DNA from: Phycisphaeraceae bacterium
Lineage (GTDB): Bacteria; Planctomycetota; Phycisphaerae; Phycisphaerales; Phycisphaeraceae
Direction: 5' to 3'
Assembly (NCBI GenBank): GCA_963674705.1
Contig: OY771506.1
Location: 4,672,001 to 4,736,000, forward strand
DNA: 64,000 bases
The notes under the pieces are model-generated. The model worked only from the letters and a program-made list of their open reading frames with translations, was not told the origin of the DNA and searched no databases. The translations under genes and the position numbers were made by a program. Shown here one piece after another: positions 60,206-64,000 of this stretch. Positions within the stretch are counted from its first letter, which is position 1. Each line of letters starts with the position of its first letter.

Positions 60206-62191
60206 ATGTTGACAATGTCTTGCAGACAACTGGGCCTGTTATTCTTAGTTTTATTGTTCAGCTGCTGCAGGGCTGAGTACGCACACGGTCAAATCCGAAT
60301 AGTCACCTATAATACCGCCAACGGAACCGGCATCGAAGGGAATACCGCCATCCCACGCACCGGGATGGAGGTCGTGCTCCAGGCTATCGGCGACGAGTCT
60401 ACCGGTGGGATCGCAAAGCCAATCGATATCCTTGCACTGCAGGAGCAGGACGATGTCGCAACCACGACACAGATCTTTGTGAATATGCTTAACGCGATCT
60501 ATGGCCCGGGCACCTATGCACGAGGCTATGTACTCAATGACGCAACCACACAAATCCACACAGGCATCGTCTATAACACGACCACGGTAACGCTGCTCGA
60601 AGAGCATGCCTTCGGCACCGCAAGCGGTTCCACCTCTGCCAGGCAACCGATGCGTTACAAATTCCGCCCCGTCGGTTACACCAGCTCAGCGGACTTTTAC
60701 GTTTATAACAGCCACTACAAAGCAAGCACGGAAGCAGCCAGCCTGGTCCGCCGAGCATACGAAGCCGAGATCATCCGCGCCGATGCCGACGCGCTGGGCC
60801 AAAGCAAACACATCATCTACGTGGGCGATTACAACATCCAATCCAGCAGTGAGGATAGCTATCAGATATTGCTGAGCCCCGGCAACGGGCAAGCGTTCGA
60901 CCCGATCGACTCGCCCGGCAATTGGCACAATAACTTCGGATTCGCGCCGATCCACACGCAGAGCCCCCATGATGGCAGCGACAACTTAGCCGAAGGCGGC
61001 ATGGACGATCGCCTGGACTTCCAATTGGTAACCAGTGAATTCCTGGACGATGAAGGACTCAGCTACATCAATGGCTCGTATCACGCGTTCGGCAATAATG
61101 GCACGACTTATGACCTCCCAGTCAATTCAGTACTCAATACCTACCCGTTAACACAGGCAAAGTTGGATGATCTGGCGCATGTCAGCGATCACTTACCCGT
61201 CGTGGCTGATTATCAACTCCCCGCCCGGATGCAGGTCACGGTAGACCCTGTCCCGCAGCGGGTGATGATAAACTCGATTGTAAGCGTGTCGGCAACCGTA
61301 ACAAACACAGCCCCGGTCGTCGCTTCCAACGGTGCCGACGAACTGGATTACACGATTACTACACTGGGGCTGCTTAGCGGTGGCGGGTCAGGCAGTGTTG
61401 ATGCACTTGTTGCTGGAGATGTCTACGAATTAACGCTGAACACGTCTGTTGTGGGAACTAGGAACGGGCAAGTCAACGCATCAAGCAACAGCCAGGCTGT
61501 GGCGAATGGCTCCTTCTTCAAAGGTGTCAGCAGCACCATCCTCGATCACGCCAGTGCATCATTTGCCTCCGGCTTGGATCAGAATACGCTGACGATCGAC
61601 TTCGGCACACTCACAACCGGCGGGGCCATTACCAGCGATTTCGATCTATTTAACCTCGAACTGTCCTCGCTCTTCACTTCTGCCCTCGATCTCGACATGA
61701 TCGTAGGCCAGGGGGATACCGGCATACTCCTCAGCAACCTTGCGACGTTCAACAACCTGGCAGCCGGTGATTCACACGGATTTATAGCCAGCTTCAACAC
61801 CGGCACGGCCGGTTCATACTCAGCAACCTATACCCTGCACCTGTCCGATGAAGATGTCCCTGGCGAAGCCGGCCAGACACTCACACTACAACTGCTGGGT
61901 CAAGTCATCGAAGACCTGGTCGGCGACCTGGATAACGATGGGTTCGTCGGTCTGTCGGACCTGGACATCATCCTGACGAACTGGAACAAAACCGTTCCAC
62001 CAGGTGATCCGTCAGCAGATCCGACCGGTGACGGGTTTGTCGGTCTGGATGACCTGGATATCGTGCTCAATAACTGGAACAGCGGCACCCCGCCTCATGC
62101 ATCAGACAATATCCCTGAACCAGCAAGCATTATCTTGCTCGGGCCAGGCCTCACGTTGTATCTGCGTCGCTGCCAAATAGTCGAATCTTGA
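60206..62191 (+). CDS. Secreted endonuclease/exonuclease/phosphatase-domain protein with dockerin-like repeats and PEP-CTERM
   Basis: RIVTYN, DILALQE, HYKA, VGDYN, RLDFQ, SDHLPV; GDLDNDGFVG-type repeats; IPEPASIILL. Confidence 0.85.
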   Translation: MLTMSCRQLGLLFLVLLFSCCRAEYAHGQIRIVTYNTANGTGIEGNTAIPRTGMEVVLQAIGDESTGGIAKPIDILALQEQDDVATTTQIFVNMLNAIYGPGTYARGYVLNDATTQIHTGIVYNTTTVTLLEEHAFGTASGSTSARQPMRYKFRPVGYTSSADFYVYNSHYKASTEAASLVRRAYEAEIIRADADALGQSKHIIYVGDYNIQSSSEDSYQILLSPGNGQAFDPIDSPGNWHNNFGFAPIHTQSPHDGSDNLAEGGMDDRLDFQLVTSEFLDDEGLSYINGSYHAFGNNGTTYDLPVNSVLNTYPLTQAKLDDLAHVSDHLPVVADYQLPARMQVTVDPVPQRVMINSIVSVSATVTNTAPVVASNGADELDYTITTLGLLSGGGSGSVDALVAGDVYELTLNTSVVGTRNGQVNASSNSQAVANGSFFKGVSSTILDHASASFASGLDQNTLTIDFGTLTTGGAITSDFDLFNLELSSLFTSALDLDMIVGQGDTGILLSNLATFNNLAAGDSHGFIASFNTGTAGSYSATYTLHLSDEDVPGEAGQTLTLQLLGQVIEDLVGDLDNDGFVGLSDLDIILTNWNKTVPPGDPSADPTGDGFVGLDDLDIVLNNWNSGTPPHASDNIPEPASIILLGPGLTLYLRRCQIVES

Positions 62192-62579
62192 GTCGGTTCC
62201 CCGAAAGAGTGTTAATCTGGGCAATTTGCGAATTGGCGATCATATACCTAATTGGCAACCAGTCCGGTATCACAAGGTTCTAACAATGAATAGTATGCAT
62301 TTCCGGAGCCCTTGCTATACTAGACTTGGTCACCCCTGCTGGGTGTGACCGACACATCGGAGTGCGGGGAAAGCTTGTGGTGGGTTTGCATTAACCACAG
62401 CCGAGGTTCCCGCAATCAGGCTGACAATCCGAACCTATCCGAGGAGGCTACGCCGCTGTATCGCGAGCGACCAATCATCGCGAAATCGCTTGGGATGCAT
62501 CGGTACGTCAATATGAACGGTATGTTTGTTTGTAGTGGGTGTGGTACTCGTTAGTACTAGTATTCTGGAGTTCCGGAAA

Positions 62580-64000
62580 ATGGGGCATACACAAATTCGT
62601 CTAGGGGCTGCGGTTAGTTGGGGCATGTTTTGGGTGTGTCTTCTGGCGTGTAATTGCCTGGCGGGATCGGGGTTGAAACTTAATGTAGCTCCGCTTGAAG
62701 ACGAGCAGGTCACATCATTTAAGATCATGCCGGACAGTAGTGGCGTTGTGTATGAATCCGGTGATTGTCCGAATTGCGACTACAGGGATGTTTTCCTGAC
62801 GCCGATCCGGGGAGGGACGACAACTCACCTTAATGCGTCTCTTAATCGAAACCGATCTCTGTTATTCAGTTATGACGTCACACCCGACGGTAAGTACATC
62901 TTGTTGGGTGTCACTTCATCACCCAGTTCAAACTTTCATGAAATCTATAGCGTGCCGACCAGTGGTGGGCAACCCGTGGCAATTCTGCCATCCTCAATCT
63001 ACAAATTACGGTTAGATCTTATCAGCCCCGAGAGCCCGTACCTGATCTATACCGGATACTGGGCTTCGACGGTCAACCTGATGCGTGTACCCTTAACGGG
63101 CGGCACACCCACCGTCCTCTCAGCACCTATTGGATTGGATAAATCCGGTGGTATTGATGGATCGTCTGCAGTGCTTCCGCTTGGTGGGTGGCAGCGTTTA
63201 GCCTATATCGAAGGCCGTCGCTATCAGGTAAGACCATTGGTATCGATCCCGATTAATGGTGGTGACGTTATTAATTTATCGCCGGAAGGTTGGCAGTTAG
63301 AAAATAGATTTTATGCGACGCCGGATCAGCAACAAGTCTTGTTCGCTTCATCGAACCGGGTCTACGCCAACGATTATAACGGTGGAGAACCACGACTGAT
63401 CTACGAAGCCGATGCTGGTTCTACCGAACCGGGCAGACAATACAGTTACTTGGAATCTGGATTCTTACTCACGCTGCTCTCCGACACACACGCCGTTTTT
63501 GTAACACGAGAATCCAGAACCATCAACAGCGCATGTGCTTTGATCAGTGCGCCGCTGGATGGTGGAGAGCCGGTTGTGATAGACCAAGTCGATTGGTCAA
63601 TCACGACAGGTGCGATCAATTCCAACTACACACAAATGCTTTACTATGCCCGGTCGTTCAGTTCAAACGACAGTGAATTGAAGATCGCTCCCATGTCGGG
63701 GGGGACACCCATCAGCCTGGCAATAGACACCCCCCAGTATCCGTCACAGAGCCAGCGTGCCCAATTTGCTGAATACGATGGTCGGACACGCGTCGTATAT
63801 CAGGCAGGTGGCAGGATTTTCAGCATCAATTCTGATGGGACCGACCGGGTAGGGTTGGATGAATCTGTATATGCCAGCGGTGATGAAACCTCGACATACC
63901 ATGTTACTGATGATGGGTATTTTGTTGTTTTCGGCATGGGTTCGAAAACGCTATCAACAACGAACCGAATATATTCCGGACATGTACAGGGCGGCACACC
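62580..64000 (+). CDS. Secreted beta-propeller (TolB-like repeat) protein, partial
   Basis: Manual translation from ATG 62580 (RBS GGAG): signal-like segment, repeats TPDGKYIL, YSVPTSGGQP, RVPLTGGTP, SIPINGG, APMSGGTP; the same frame reads GGTP at the window end. Confidence 0.75.
   Translation, partial: MGHTQIRLGAAVSWGMFWVCLLACNCLAGSGLKLNVAPLEDEQVTSFKIMPDSSGVVYESGDCPNCDYRDVFLTPIRGGTTTHLNASLNRNRSLLFSYDVTPDGKYILLGVTSSPSSNFHEIYSVPTSGGQPVAILPSSIYKLRLDLISPESPYLIYTGYWASTVNLMRVPLTGGTPTVLSAPIGLDKSGGIDGSSAVLPLGGWQRLAYIEGRRYQVRPLVSIPINGGDVINLSPEGWQLENRFYATPDQQQVLFASSNRVYANDYNGGEPRLIYEADAGSTEPGRQYSYLESGFLLTLLSDTHAVFVTRESRTINSACALISAPLDGGEPVVIDQVDWSITTGAINSNYTQMLYYARSFSSNDSELKIAPMSGGTPISLAIDTPQYPSQSQRAQFAEYDGRTRVVYQAGGRIFSINSDGTDRVGLDESVYASGDETSTYHVTDDGYFVVFGMGSKTLSTTNRIYSGHVQGGT

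Overview
Bacterial chromosomal window, most likely Planctomycetota (Phycisphaerae-like). The assignment is inferred from a LEPRxLL-type secreted protein, DUF1559 prepilin-like proteins, a DUF1553/DUF1501 module and many PEP-CTERM proteins with GDxNGDGFVGLDDLD repeats. Left to right: (1) a czcCBA-type heavy-metal RND efflux operon; (2) a sigma54 activator divergent from the sulfate ABC operon sbp-cysTWA; (3) a ~25 kb polysaccharide-utilisation locus with a GH50 agarase-like multidomain protein, sugar ABC transporter, acetylesterase, sulfatase, GH2-like hydrolase, three FAD oxidoreductases, PEP-CTERM proteins and two XylR-type regulators; (4) a tightly coupled 8-gene operon of unknown function (PflX-like radical SAM, small ORF, Ycf46-like AAA+, DUF1257-like, DUF2997-like, degenerate S26 peptidase, TPR, PilT) ending in a PEP-CTERM stub; (5) a DUF1549/1553-DUF1501-PPC-Rid operon; (6) a glycerophosphodiester/G3P locus (GlpP antiterminator, HAD-GlpD fusion, LamG-GlpQ, GlpT, EEP-PEP-CTERM). 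In (6), two upstream PEP-CTERM genes each carry a near-identical non-coding leader with a terminator/antiterminator architecture. No rRNA, tRNA, CRISPR array or transposase was recognised. All family calls come from reading motifs by eye; no database searches were run. The best candidates for undescribed systems are the AAA+/radical SAM/PilT operon and the duplicated GlpP-type attenuator controlling surface proteins.
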